From Chrysomallon squamiferum (taxonomy: Eukaryota > Animalia > Mollusca): 64,000 nucleotides of DNA. Positions 13,775 to 28,398 of this stretch are shown here, in pieces (position 1 is the first letter of the stretch; the number at the start of each line of letters is the position of its first letter). The notes beneath the pieces are model-generated. The model was not told where the DNA came from. It was given only the letters and a program-made list of their open reading frames with translations, and searched no databases. A program made the translations under genes and the position numbers. The stretch spans positions 40,238,001 to 40,302,000 of the forward strand of contig CM022670.1 in the NCBI GenBank assembly GCA_012295275.1. Reading direction: 5' to 3'.

Positions 13775-15902
13775 GAAGTCTTCACTCTTTTTGAACAATT
13801 AGTTTAATTTTAGCCTCTTTTTGGCGTGGTTTATTTTACATTCTTACGTAAGTGGCATATTTATTGAAACACCTTTCAAAAAAAAAAAAAAAAAAAAAAT
13901 TAAAATTAAAGATAAAAAAAAAAATGCAAGTAATACTTTTAAAGTGTAATTATAAAACAGATGACTCAGCTTTTAAAATTTTAATACCAATTTTATATCT
14001 GTTTCTAATATATACACGACTGAAACAAAATTCATCATATATACATATTCATACAGGTATTAACGTATTTGTGTATTTACGACGGGAATGCACTTTTAAC
14101 TCAATGCTAGACAACTGTGAGTCATCAAAGATCATTGCTCATCGATGCTTCTACAGAGCTGTCCGTTTTATACCTAGACACCCCCCCACCCTTACCGTTG
14201 ATGGATTCTAAGAGAATTTACAAATTATTGATCGCTAATTGATGGCTAACCCCGGGAGTGACAACAGCGGGTTGCATCTTTTTCGTTTCCACATTTATAC
14301 CGAAAGTATGTGTTTCTCGTCTAAGAATTAGTCATTTCTGAATGCATGCATGCGAATTAAATCAAATATTTATTGTCGTTTTGCCTTACGTAAGCGTGCA
14401 TATATAATATACAGCCCTGTGTGTTTAGGGATGAATATTCAATGTCTTGCGTACGATCTGATTAGACTCTGCACTTAGTCGGTGCACTGGCACTGAAGGA
14501 TAAAGTCCAATCATGATCTTACAAACGTCAGGGGTGTGTGGGGGGCTGGGGGGGTTGCTTGATATAATAAACCAGAAATTTCATTTTTTTTTTTTTTTTT
14601 CTCTGTTCCACATGAACTGTTGTTACTACGTCTATTCATCTGCACGCTTTTATTACCATCGCTTCGATTTATCAAATGAATTCATTCTTTCTTTCTTTTA
14701 TTATCTTTTTTTTTTTTTAGGGGCTTTATATATATATATACATGCACACCATACATATCTGCAAACCTATGCAAACGTACGCACAAGATGATAAATATTT
14801 GCTTAAATCACCTGCATAAATACAAATATTAACAGACTGGTTTCTGGGAGGTTTTCATTTTCTTTTCTTTTTTTTTCTTTTTTCTTTTTTTTGTAAATAA
14901 TTTATTTACCAACACAGTTTTACTAATATTTGTTCTAAATGGTTTTAGTTAAGCTGAAGTAGGTCAAAATATGACGCATTCTTGTTGCTATGTTAACCAG
15001 ATCTGCGCATTGCGTTGCCTTTATTTTTCATACATTTGGTAAAAAAAAAAAAAAAAAAAAAAATATCTACGCAGTATTTTTAAAATAACCAGTCTAATGC
15101 AACGACCAATTTGACAGCAACGCAACACACAATGCAATTATTACTAAAACATGTTGAACAAAACAGGTGTATGTGACACGTATGTGAAATATTACGAAAT
15201 ATGTTTATGACAACAGATTAGAAAATATTTGTGTGTCTTCCTCACAAAATGTGTCGATCATGATATTTTTGAATTTAATGAACGTTTGAAAAATACAATA
15301 TCAATGTAATTATTAGCAGATGTTTTCTATAGCTAACAGTTTGTACACTACTTTAGTTTTTCTTACCGATTTTGTCGGTCACGTTTGTTTTTATTTGTGC
15401 GTGCGTGAATTTAAAAGCCTGATACCTACGCTTGTCAAATTCGTTTATATAAAACTAAATATATACTTTTGTGTTTCTTTGTATACTAATAAATGCACTT
15501 GCAGAACCCTAAACAAGCGCACATTACCCGCAATACAGAAGTATGTCACCTAATTACCTACATCTCGAAATCTTTGTTTTCGAAAAATTCAAAACTGCAA
15601 CACGAACATCGATTTTTTTTTTCCCTCACTACTGGTTCCGAAAGAGCAGTAACGGTTAGCACATAGTACGAAATTCACTGCGCCGTTTGAACAACGTATA
15701 CAAAGAAAAAAGGACCTCGACATCTTTGAAACAAATCGGTAAGCCAGTGTCTTTTGGCATTTACCCAAATAGGCTGTTGTTCGGTAAAGTCCGGAGAATT
15801 TCCGATCTTCGACACCGCGCTACCTACATAGTTTATCTAACAAGTGCGGCAGCTGAAAACAGGATTTCAAGCCGTATTTGTGTTCAAGACTGTTTGTATT
15901 GA

Positions 15903-16110
15903 TTTTTATTGATTATATAAAGTATTACTCTTTGTAATAGACGTTGTTGATGTTTTTTATTTATTATATTAAATGTTACTCTTCGTAATAGATGTTGTTG
16001 TTGTTTTTTATTGATTATATTAAGGATTACTCTTTGTAATAGATGTTGTTGTTGTTTTTTATTGATTATATTAAGGATTACTCTTTGTAACAGATTCCGT
16101 TGTTGTTTTT
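15903..16110. repeat. ~51-bp minisatellite x4
   Basis: TTTTTTATTGATTATATTAAGGATTACTCTTTGTAATAGATGTTGTTGTTG with variants. Confidence 0.85.
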
Positions 16111-16170
16111 TTCTGATATTATTGATGTTTATGTAGTCCTTGTTGCTCTTCTTCTTCTGTTAATTATTGA

Positions 16171-16211
<41 letters not shown>

Positions 16212-16654
16212 GTTGCTGCTGTTGTTGTTATACTTAAGGCTGGTGCCGTAAATAAATTAAAAACCCCCAAAAGAAACAAAAACAAATAAACAAATAAGGA
16301 AGGAAAGGAAAGAGTAGTTTGTGGATGGATCGATGTATATATGAATGTATGTATGTATGTACGTGTGTATGTATGTATGTATGTATGTGTATTTCTAGGT
16401 GTGTATATACGAGTCTGTGTTCATGTATATCTGGGTATGTTTGTGTGGATGTATGTGCATGTGTGCATGTATGCGATTGTGAAAACTAGCGTCTCGAAAG
16501 TAAATATTAAAATGTTTTTGTATATCTTTGCACTGAACAGAAAACCAGAAGCAATTACACAGTTAGGTGTATTTGTGTGAAGGTAACCGGACACCTAGAT
16601 GTCCTCGAACGAAGATATTTCCAACATTTCGCAGTTAAAGTTTGTGTTTGTTGT

Positions 16655-16710
16655 TGAAACTGTGTTATTGAAACTGTGTTATTGAAACTGTGTTCGTGAA
16701 ACTGTGTTCG
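16655..16710. repeat. 14-bp tandem repeat x4
   Basis: TGAAACTGTGTT(AT/CG) repeated. Confidence 0.8.
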
Positions 16711-18413
16711 ATAGCGTAAGTCATTTGTCTCCTGACGTTGGTTTCTCTCGGTTTCCATAGATACAAACCAAAACTCAAAATGGCCGAGATAAACAGGATC
16801 ACGGATGGATATGTATTTCTTGTAGATTAAAAATAGGAAGGACAGAACAAAATTTCGTTAAGTTAAATACGCAGTAAATAGTGGATTGTAAACGAAAATT
16901 ACGATAAACATCATCGTCATCTTGAGCATTATGAAAAGCTCAGACGTGAAAAGGTTTGAGATGGGAGGACAGATTAACTTTGAAAAGATTTGATCCCCTT
17001 TCAACGGAAGATTTGTCGAAAATTATATTAAATTGAATTATATCAGCTATATCTTATATTCCCTATTTACACCTATTTAAACCAGTTTTATGCTACTCTA
17101 TAGCATTAGTGGTATTTTCTATTTAAAATGAATTATATCAGCTCTATCGTTTTGTATAACATTGATAATATATACCCTTTTTAAACTGAATTATATTACC
17201 TCTGTAATACTGTATATTTTTAGCAACATGTCCAGTTTGAAATGATTATGTCCGTTCTATATATTACTTTAACAGTTTGTGGAAATTGAATTTCATAGCA
17301 ATAAACTCTTACTTGTATTTTTGTAATAGATTTCAGACGACTGAGTAACCAAAATGCCCCACAGACAGCAAAATCCCACAGGCACCGGAATAGAAGTAGT
17401 TTCAAATATAATAAAATAAGAAACTGTAACAAGACCAAAGAGACAGTAATAACATTTCTTTGAGAAAAAAAAAAAAAATCACAAACATTAATATACAATG
17501 TTCAGTTTTATTAATATAAATAAATGTTATATGATCTTAATTAGTAAATACTGTGCTATATTTAGTAAAATAAAATAATTTGAAGTTTAAAGATAATATT
17601 TATCTAAAGTTACATACATTTTAAAGCCAGTTCATTACAATATCTTGGCCATAATTACATAATAAAATACTTGTTTCGATTATGAATATGACCAATAGTG
17701 TTTTTCAGAAAGTGTTTCCCTCTCTGTGTGTGTGTGTGTGTGTGTGTGTGCGTGCGTGCGTGTGCGTGTGCGAATGCTTTGTGAAATGTAATATGAAAAA
17801 AAAAAAATTAGTTTCGGAAGCGTCCAAGCAGAGGACAAATTTGCACAATAGACAGCGAACTCGTGACAAAGGTTTTTAGCTGAATAGACGTCACTGACAC
17901 TGTGTTACCCTTCAACCATCGAAACAAACGACAAACGGATCAATTGGCAATTATTTAAATAGCCAAACGAAAACACCCAATCCGGGCCGCGATTACAGGC
18001 GGCAGGTGCGAGGCGGCACGCGCCACCTTAGCAACGGCCCCCGGGGAAATGCAGTCCCTGGTAACAGTTTTCAGAGAAATAAAATAACACCTTGCCAATG
18101 TGACAAAGAGAACAGTAAAAGTTTAAATAAGAGTTTTTCTTTTGTCCCAATAAAACGTTTTATTCCCAAATGTGTTTTTTGGGGTGTTTTTTGTTGTTGT
18201 TGTTGTTGTTTTTTTTTTAATTTCCTTCTTCTATATTAATTTTTTATTATTTGTTTGCAAATAAATGTTAAAAATTGTTGCAGCAAGTAGATGCCTTTAT
18301 AACGCACCTGTGTTTGTGTGTGTTTTAATTTTCTTGTTTAATTTTCCTTTTTGTTTTCTTTTTCTTTAAAGTAAACATATTTTTGGCTTTGGTCTGAGTT
18401 ATTTTATTGAAAT

Positions 18414-18494
<81 letters not shown>

Positions 18495-20009
18495 CTCTCT
18501 CTCTCTCTCTCTCAACATTTCCATCTTCCATACATTAATCAAAAATCATTTTGCATTAATCTGAATATCAAAATTTAAATTATTACACAAAAGCTCGCAA
18601 ATCACACAGGATGAAACATGATTTGAATAAAATATGATAAATTATGTTAAACAGATGCTTATTTAATCTTCATCTCAGCTACCGATGGAAAATAAATTAT
18701 TCACACGACCTCGCAAGTTGTTGCAAATTTTAAAATAAGTGGATGTGATGCTGAATCATATGCATATTGTTATAAACGGTTTTCTTATATATAAATAGCG
18801 TGGGAATTTACCACAAAAAGTGTCATTAGACAACACCTCACTCCAGATACAAAAACAACAACAACAACAACAACAACAACAAAACAGGCAGTAACACTAA
18901 GGCTAATACGTCATTCTCATTTAAAGAGAATATTACATAATTACACAGATTAATTAACAGATGCTTTATTAATTTTGAATGTCTGCAACCTGGTGACTTG
19001 TTAACATTACAAAGTACAAAACACAGACGAAAAAAAAAAAAAAAACCCATAAAACTTGTGTTGTGACATTTGTTTCACCCTTTTTCATTATAATCTTATT
19101 GATTGTCCATTAAAATTAGTCAACAAAACAGGGGAGTAACACTGTCTGGAACGGGAAATAAGATGAAAAATGCAAGGAGTAAAACTGTTTTTTGCGAACG
19201 AGCGTGTCCGAAATAAGCTCTCAATCTCTGACCAGTTCAAGTAATTTTTGAGATTCATTTTAGCTTCTGCTGACGTCACACTGCTGCAGAAAAGTCGCGG
19301 GATTGCAGCTTGATCCTTGATTCAGTGACGAAAGCAATGTCTGCACCCCTGCTTGGCTACCTGACTGAAAGATCAGCCTTCGTTTGGTCACCAAGTCAGA
19401 CGATGAACTGGATTTTATGTTACACAGCTGTGGAGGGTCATCTGTCAAACAAACTTTGACAAGTAATTAGTGTAGCATTTGTCCTTTTGCCTTCACACTG
19501 TCTGAAACGATTACTGGCATTTTGCCAGCTCTTCGGTTTTTTTTTTTTTTTTTTTTTCACGTACCACCTCAAAACAGGAAAAGAAAAATATTATAAAGCT
19601 GGAAAAGATAATAAAGACGGGAAAGCGAAACTTAGGAATAAGGAAGATTAAGAGAAAGAAACCGTGGCGGAAAAAAACCAATAAAAAGATCGGGATTTTT
19701 TTTTTTTTTTTTTTTTTTTGAAGTTTGAGAAAGAGCAAATACAAAAGAAAATGAAATTGTGATAGTGTTGTAAGAACGAAAAGGAAAAAAAGGAACTGAG
19801 AAAGATACAGCAGAAAGAAATGAGAGACAGAGAGATATAGATAGATAGATAGCCAGACAGACAGAGCAAAACAATGAAATGAACAATGAGTTCAGTAAAT
19901 TAAAAAAAATTAAAATAAAAAATAAACAAAAGCACAACTGAGTTATTGTTTTTCTTTTCTTTAATTATTAAACAAAACATGCAGTCATGCCTAGCTCTTA
20001 ACATTGCTT

Positions 20010-20042
<33 letters not shown>

Positions 20043-21275
20043 CGAAAGTTTTACACTCGGTAACAAAAACTCTTTGAAAGCTGATAATACTGACAAGAAC
20101 AAGGAATCAGTGACATATCAACAGGGTGTTTACACGACTAAAATTATAACAGTAAGCAATCCCTTTATGCATATTACTCATTTTCGAAATCTAGTCCCAG
20201 TTCAAAATTAGTAACGCTAAAATTACATGCTTAAAACCGTGAATCATTTCTTATATCATCTTTGCGTATTTTTACTCACTCGCTTACGTGTGTGATCAAG
20301 ACAGAAAGCGATCGTTCGATAGCGGAGGTAGCAAGCACGTATTGGTCGAAAATCATCACATGATGGGAGCCGTCGGCTAAAAATAGACTCATATAAAACC
20401 GCGGCCACGCGCTGGATGTTTACAACGTGACGGGCTGCTAGGGCGGCAACACCGATCAATAGCGGAGGAATGTAGACTCGTGTGTTGTGTGTTTTGCAAC
20501 AACAGATGGCGTCGTGACAGCGATGTTTGTGTCAACAACTGCTTTCTAAAATCATCAACGTATTAATGTCGATGTCTACATATCTGTATATGAACACACT
20601 GATAGATAGATAGATACATACATAGATAGATAGACAGATACATAGATACAAAAATAGATACCTAAACATAAATACATGTGCTAACAAAGACATGATCATG
20701 TACAGATATAATTAGCAGATAAACAACACGATTCAAGCCGCTGTTGTTGACGTCATCGTTATAGTCAGCATTTTAACATGAAATATACAGGCCTATATGT
20801 GTGTACGGAACAAAGCATTTAAAGAAAAATTCAGGTATATAAAACAACAGAAATGGATGTGAATCACTGACAGGAAAATCAAGACTATCTCGTACAGCAA
20901 AAATATATTACCAGTCGTGAGGTTCGTGTCTTTGTGACGTCATAACTTCAAAGCGAAGCAACTACCCGCCAAAACACTGCGAACAAACACCTTTTTGTTT
21001 GTTTTATCTGTGATGTATTAAAAGTAATTTATATCTTTGTTTAAAATATGTTGTTGGACAAGTGTGTGTTTGCATCACCATGAACTTGGGTGAGTGGGAG
21101 AGTAGGTGTGAGAAGGTGAGCGAGTGGGCGAGTGAGAATGCTGCAGAGTGGGTTTGTTGTTGTGTCGTTTGATTAATCTTTGAAAGAAAGAAAGAAAGAA
21201 AGCAGTTCAGAAAGGCAGAAGAAGAAAAAGGACGAAACGAGAAGTGAAAGAACTACATTTTTCGCGTGTGCGTTA

Positions 21276-21346
<71 letters not shown>

Positions 21347-21624
21347 ATAACTGGTGTACATTTCAGACATAATTATGCATGCACGCATACATAAATGTTT
21401 CGTGCAGTTTAGAAAATAAAAATTAATTAAAGTTAAAAATGTTAATCACTTTTACAACTTTGAGAAAAATTGTGCTTGCAGCGAGAACGTGTTTTTTATT
21501 TGCAGATTAGGATTAAACAAAGAAAGAGACACTAAGCTAAACCAAGAAGTCAAAGTTTCTTTCACAGCAGACTTCGTAAAGTGTTCATCAGCATGTTAAA
21601 TTACTATTATCATTATTATTATTG

Positions 21625-21669
<45 letters not shown>

Positions 21670-22152
21670 TTTCCTTTTGTTTTTCCTTTTATTTTTGTTT
21701 TGTTTGTTGGTTCTTACTGAAGGAAGTTTCTTTGTTGTTTTGGGGTCACTTTTGTTGTTTTGTTCTTTTGATGGTGTAATTGCTCTTATTCGTAATTGTT
21801 GTTTGTCACCCAAATTAATATTTTCAAATTCAGAACCTACAACGGTATGATCTGATTGAAATGCATCTGCATTCATGTTTGTGTGTAAAATTTACAAACC
21901 ATTATCCTGATTTCAAATAAACAGCATTAGAAATAATGTTTGATTCAGAACATTTCTCAGTAATCTAACGTATTTTTCGCTTAGCAGGTTCCCATAATTA
22001 TACTGAAGAAGTTGAAAACCCGCTCTAAATTTGTTTGTTACCTGTTACTGTTCCTTGTTCAACTCGTTCAACAGATTATGCTAACTCTATAAGAATTCTG
22101 CTTGGATAAATATTTTTAATTATCCATCATGTAAAATTTCTACACTTAAGTC

Positions 22153-22183
<31 letters not shown>

Positions 22184-25100
22184 TAAATTAAGGTTCATTC
22201 AGACTAGGAATGAAACAAAAGTGTCAAGGTTTTTTTACTGTTAAAGATATAAAATGCAGGTAATTTCTAAATATTATTGTAACTAATGGGATTTTTTATA
22301 TATAATAAAAACAAAAAATTAGGGAGGTATATTTTTCGACATATTTATGCTGAAATTTATAAAGTTTTTTTTTATATAAACTGGAGAGAAAAAAAGAAAA
22401 AGAGAGATCGAGAGAGAGATTGCTAAACAAAACAAAACCCCAAAAATAGGTAGGGTGATAGAAACTGCAAAAAAAGAGATTGCAAGAGAGTGAGAGAGAA
22501 TGCAGAACTTGACATATGTTTGATACAGCAACAAGGAGATCAGTGTAGTTGAACTGTGTGTCATGGCCACGCGATTTGACATGCAATCACACGAAATTCC
22601 TCTCACACAGTGAACTGACTGACTGGCTGCTTTGCTGTAAGGAAGTAAAGAAAGTTTACTTCTTACAGTCACACTCGAAACCATCTCGTCTGCAGAAATC
22701 ACCCACATCTGTTTTAAAGCGTTTATCTCGGCTCGATTAAAACTATTATTATCTTTAATTATAAAAACCGTTTAAGCTTGGGACTGTTAGTGGGTAATAA
22801 GAAATGAACACTATTGTTGCGTTGCATTTAAAACCGCCGACATTAAACGGCCCCACATAACCATTACGAGGTGGAAGGGGAGGTCTGCTGCGAAAGAAAC
22901 AATGCAGCTAATTGCCCTGGCGAAACTTGTGACCTGTTAACCGTCTCAAACGCCGACAGTGCGCGCTGTATGTTGTTTGCCGAAAATAAACCGTATAACG
23001 GCTGAGCGGAAAGCGACAAAAGTGCTGCTGGTATAACTGGACAGCAGGTGAAAAGTTTCAGCTGCGTGGATTATGTGAAAAGGTGAACGATCATCGAGAG
23101 ATTGACATCGGAAAAGCCATAACTTAAACCCCGGCACCATCCGTCTGCTTTCAGATCACAGCTTGACCTTTCGTCTCCCGTTTTTTTTTTTTTTTTTGAT
23201 GTTTGGTTATATCAGTGCAGATAGTGCATTCTGCTTTGTCCACCTCATCGAAAAACGAAATTAAATGTATCTTTAATTTTATATATAATGAAAAATAATT
23301 TTGTCTTTTCAAAAATAAAATAAAAATAAATAGCGGGGTAATAACGAGAGTTTAACGACGACTACTGCTGCATTGTTAAACCCATTTAAATATTGATAAC
23401 CGTTAAAGCATAAGTTAATTAATAGATAACTAATGCATTGTTAAAACGGCCTGTTGCTTGATGACGTTGTATAAATGCATTGAAATGCAGATGCTGCTGC
23501 ATAGATAAATCATGTCACTGACAAGTATTGCATAGTTGACTTTATCTAAATGTCATCTTGTGAAAAGATAGATTAATTATGAGGTCTGCATTTTTTTGTT
23601 TCTCTTCACCTACACAAAAGAAAAGATAGATTAAGCAGATTTCACCTACAACGCAGTCGTACAAACATAAATAATCTTTTTTTTTTTTTTTTCTCAAAGT
23701 TACAAATATCACATAACACGTAATTTAAAAACAACACAGATTAATGCGTTTGTTGTTTCTAGTCCAGTTTTCTAAATAATGTTTTATGACCTTGACATTT
23801 ATGATGGATTACATTCTGTAACTGGTCGCATTTGTCGTCTGCAAAGTTTACATCTTGAACCCAAACCGAGCCTACAGTTATCAAAAAACTCAAATAAAAT
23901 CAATACATTTTTTTATTTTTTTTTTTTAAAGAAATTAAAGACATAAATTATTCATGTTATATCACATGAAACATAATTAACCGTACATTTAAAACTTTAA
24001 TTACTTATTACTCAAACAGTTCTGTCAAAACTGAGTAACAGTAATAAAATATTGCGCACTATAAACGCGTGTGAAATATCTGCTATCGTCAGCTCATAGC
24101 TGTTCAGTTAAACTTCACCTGCAGGCTCTGAAAACTCCCTGAGAGCATTTTGCAATTAAATGATGTAAGTGTGCATTATTAACTTTATTTAATTTGGCTG
24201 ATTACGATCAGTGTTTAAGAGAGACCCTCAAAATGGCCTTTCTGACATGTCAGAATGTTTTGTACGGTTAACATTTAACTGATAGGTGTTAGGTAACTGT
24301 TGTTTTATTTATCCCGATATGGTGGAATCAAGATTTTGAAGTCAGAATTCTTCGCAAAAAAGCATTTTAGAATAATTATATATAATATTATAAACTTGTT
24401 GCAAAAGTATTACAGTATTAAAAGAAATGTCACTTTATCTTTAAAAAAAAACGTGTACTATTTCTGTATTAACCGCTAATTAGGTCAGATAAAAGTAATT
24501 TAAACTGTGAAGCGGGTGAAAACACTGTATAAGCAGGATAAAGATCAATTAAATTGATACGGATTAAATTAGTTTGAAAGGTGAATTAACTGGTGCACTG
24601 TCTGAAATAGTACAAACAGGCCAGCTGTTTCTTTCTGTTTCACAAATTTTTATTCTTCTTGTCAAACCACGATTAATCTGACTTTTGCACAGATTGCGTA
24701 ATGAAGCACGGAGGAAAGAGAGAACCCTGGCTAACTTTGTACTGCGGTGTGTGACCCTCAGGCCACGTTAAACTGACCACTGGCTACCTGATCCCGGCAA
24801 AACGGGTCTACCTGGTCGGCAGCCTGACTAACAATTTTGTGCACAACTTACAGGCGTCAATGCGGCCATTAATTCACTTTCACCAAGTGTGACTTTTCTG
24901 CACTGAACATTGGTGTGTGTGTGTGTTGCCAGTGGCAATCACTTTGAATGCCAATACATTTCTAAAATATTTTATAACTTCTTGCTGTTGTTAATGCTTT
25001 TGCAGCAACAAAAACAACAACCGTCTTCGAAGCCCGGAAACAAAACAATTTTTTTTTTTTTTTTAATGCTTATAAATTATCTGACAAGAGAATTTATTCG

Positions 25101-26044
25101 ACTATAACGATAATAAAAAATTTTTTTTTTTTTTTTTTTTTTTTTGTAGTGCGTTATTTCACTCCTTTGTCCATTCCTAAAGTGGTTGACATTTTTTTGT
25201 CTTCCAGTAAGGTTTAACTTACTTCCACACTAATGTCAATAACTGTGTTTGAGGCACGCGGGACAGAAGTTAGCCAAGGAACCGAGAGATATCGAGTTAG
25301 TGAGAAGGATTTCTGTCACGTGCTACTTTCACTAGAGCAGAAATTCATACTTATACATCTTTCTTTCTACACCGAATTTGTACTTTAAAATACCACACGT
25401 TTCTGACGCATTCACAGGCCTAGATAATATTCTCTATTATCATCATTTTAATTCAGTTAGCGTGTGTTTATGTGTGTGTCTTCAAAATTGTGAAATAACT
25501 TTTGGCCAAGCAAATAATGATACTGATATTATTTTTCTTGTAGTTCAATACGTACAAATAAGATTCGCATGATCTTCAGTTCGTAATTTCCATGAAAATT
25601 CGCTAACCAGAGCTTACAGTTAGTTGTAAGATCAGTAGGGTGAAATAAATTCACGATGTAACGAGTACCATGGCAACGCCATTTAGGTGAAGATGTTTTT
25701 TATGATTAGCTTTTGTCAACCAAATCCAAACAAAAGAAATATTATTTCAGATAAATGTTTATGACTTAACTTTGGCAGTTCTCAACTTTAATTCGTAGAG
25801 CATTTGGTACATTAACATCGAAAATTAAAATTAATAAGTAATTCATTCAGTTATTTTATAAACTATATGATGTATGTGTAACACTTAAACTTAATATTCT
25901 TCAAATGGAACAAGAGTAATAATATGGAGTAAATGACGAAACTAAATCCTGTTTATGTGCATGTTGTTGAAATATAATTTATATGCATTATTAATAAAAG
26001 TAACGAAATAAAACTCAAAAACAAAATGGATTTAAAGATTTGTC

Positions 26045-26050
26045 TTTATT
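26045..26050 (-). terminator. Candidate polyadenylation signal for copy 2
   Basis: First AATAAA on - strand after the terminal-exon acceptor; more distal ones exist. Confidence 0.3.
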
Positions 26051-26424
26051 CGCAAGATAGGAAAGAAAACTACAATATTTCTAACAGCAGTGTTAACAGT
26101 TTTTGATACTGGATGATGAAATGATTACAGTTCCTGCTTCTTTGTCGTCACTGTCCACTCAGCTGTGTATAAAGTCAAAGTCCTTTTCTTAGTGTTCACG
26201 ACTCTCTAAAGTTTCTCCACTGAGAACACAGCAGGTGTAGTCGCGGAAAGCCAGCTTGCATTCGTCTCTGTTCTGTCTCAGCAAAACCTTCAGCTTGCCA
26301 CGGTGTCGTCATCAAAATGATGCAGCCGTTCGGCTATCTTCGACAGCACTCGATTATTATCGGCAGTGATCGGATTTTTTCCAGCCGTCATTAACTATGA
26401 TCGGTGACCCAGGTTATGGGAATC

Positions 26425-26694
26425 CTGATTGAAAAAAAATAACAATTAGAATTAGTTTTTCATTTAATACTTCTGGAAACATAGAACGTACACTAACATA
26501 GTTAATTTTCTGTTTGTCTGGTATATATCTAACTTTTTTAAAAATCGATCTTCATCTCATTTTTTTTTTTCAGAAATTAAACATTTTTATGCTTTCTGGT
26601 ATAATAAATAAATGCAATATGAATAGCAGTCGTTTTTGCAAAACAGTACAAGGAACAAAACATTTGCATACTGATGAATATTCAGATAACGTAC
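26425..26694 (-). other. Putative 3'UTR intron of GADD45 copy 2
   Basis: CAG|GTACGT 37 nt after stop; acceptor attttttttcaatcag|GATTCCCA. Confidence 0.7.
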
Positions 26695-26731
26695 CTGGAT
26701 ATGAACGAGGTGATTTCAGAAATGATGACAG

Positions 26732-26839
26732 TCAATCTGGAAGTTCTACTACAGGTTTTGGGTAAACATCGCCGTTCAAGACGTTCTCGTAATATTCTGC
26801 AACAGCTGAATCCTCTCTGCTTAAGTCCAGCTTTGGATA
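26732..26839 (-). CDS. GADD45: GADD45 copy 2 coding exon 4 (with TGA)
   Basis: ttctttcag| YPKLDLSRED...PVVELPD*. Confidence 0.92.
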   Translation of the reverse strand, partial: YPKLDLSREDSAVAEYYENVLNGDVYPKPVVELPD

Positions 26840-28357
26840 CTGAAAGAAGAATAAAGTAAGAACAGAGATAAATAAATAGTCTGTTTTAAAAAAAAACATC
26901 ATTCGGAAAAAGAAAACAAATAAAATCGTCTGAAACAAGAGAGCTATTGTGTGTGTTCCTTATTTGGTCAAATTGTTTACATTGTTACAAGGAATACGAC
27001 GCCTATTGGGTAAACATGTAAACACAGACATGTAGATCATTGTTCCTTATTTGTAGACTTGTCAGGTGAAGTAGACTTTTCATAGTTTTAGAAGGAACAA
27101 CATGACTTTTTAAGTGAATACAGCGATGCATGTAGTAATATAAAATAACAAATGTATAATCTAACACTTTTTAATCAAAATTATTAACTATCAGTAGAAC
27201 AGATATTGATGACTGATTAATAAATAAAGGTATTTAAAATAAATTTGGCCGTGGAAATGCTGTATTAATTATTCCTAGATTTAAATCTGTCGTCAGTGGA
27301 TAATCAGTTCACAAAACACAACAGCTGAAGTAATCCTGTCTGATTGAATAGAAGTGAAATGCTGTCACAACTTCTTACCTCGATAAGAACGCAGCTGACG
27401 TCGCAGTTGTCCGGACTCTGCTGTGGTGCAGAGGTGGCGTTGTTGTTGTCGTCTTGATTAGCGGTCATTTCTTTTTCGTGAAGAATTTTTGCCAAAGACT
27501 TGGAACTGGAGACCTGGAAAATGAAAAATATTACAAACTTGAAAAGAACTGTTGTATAATCTGGCATGTTATTGTAATGAAGATATTAAATTTTCAGTTA
27601 TTGTAATGAAGATAATAACTTTTACGTTGTTGCAATAAAGATAACAACTTTGATGTTAAAATGCTTATAGCAGAATTGTTTTCTTTAAAATAAATGAATA
27701 TAAAAATATTTCAAATATTTCAAATATTTCAAAATATATATATACATTTTTTTTATTGTTCATTATTATTATTATGACGTATCCAGACAGAACCTACTTT
27801 GAGAAGTTTGATGTCGTTCTCCCAGCAGAACGCCTCAATGAGCGTGTGCTGGATGTGAACGGTCACGTCGCTGGGACTGCCAGCCTCGGGCAGCACGCAC
27901 AGCATCACGTTGTCAGGGTTACACTTGAGGAGTTTGGCGCACTCGTACACGCCGCTCGTCAGACGCTTTTCCTCCACAGCCTGCCTCACCGACTCGCGCA
28001 GTTCACAGCCCACGTTCATCGGGTTCCTGAGAACCAAAAAAAAAAAAAAAAAATGTTAAGTCTAAAATTTACATGTATGTAGATAAATAAACTGCGCTAC
28101 AAATGTGATTAGAAAAAAAAAAAAAAAAATTTAAAACATCTGTGGTAATAATAATTTCACTGTTTTTGTCCCATATTGATTTTGTGAAACTTTGCCGTGT
28201 GCGCAAAGCGATGTGGATGTTGACCTAATGCAGATGTCAAGCTGCTTCCGTGGCATAACCCACGTTGACGTAGGTTTTTCCCAAAAGTTTAACTCCGACG
28301 TAGTTGATGTGCTGAATAACGTTGTTTGTTTAACAGTTACGTGAACGCTGATAATAA

Positions 28358-28398
<41 letters not shown>

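Noticed and set aside
16751-16786. RFX X-box-like GTTTCCATAGATAC and YY1-like CAAAATGGCCG as an orphan promoter
   Set aside because: Degenerate motifs with no downstream ORF or other support
24240-24255. 16-bp palindrome TTCTGACATGTCAGAA
   Set aside because: Isolated, with no clear factor assignment or supporting context
26412-26731. Stop-codon readthrough (all three end in TGA; copy 2 has TGA-C)
   Set aside because: The predicted extensions are short and dissimilar among paralogs, and copy 1 meets another stop within 9 codons
27010-27065. p53 element in copy 2 intron 3 (CATG/CTTG cores), by analogy with GADD45A intron 3
   Set aside because: Half-sites carry several mismatches and irregular spacing
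27756-28082. + strand ORFs antisense to GADD45 exon 2 (also 49494-49866)
   Set aside because: Shadow ORFs of GC-richer coding sequence on the opposite strand
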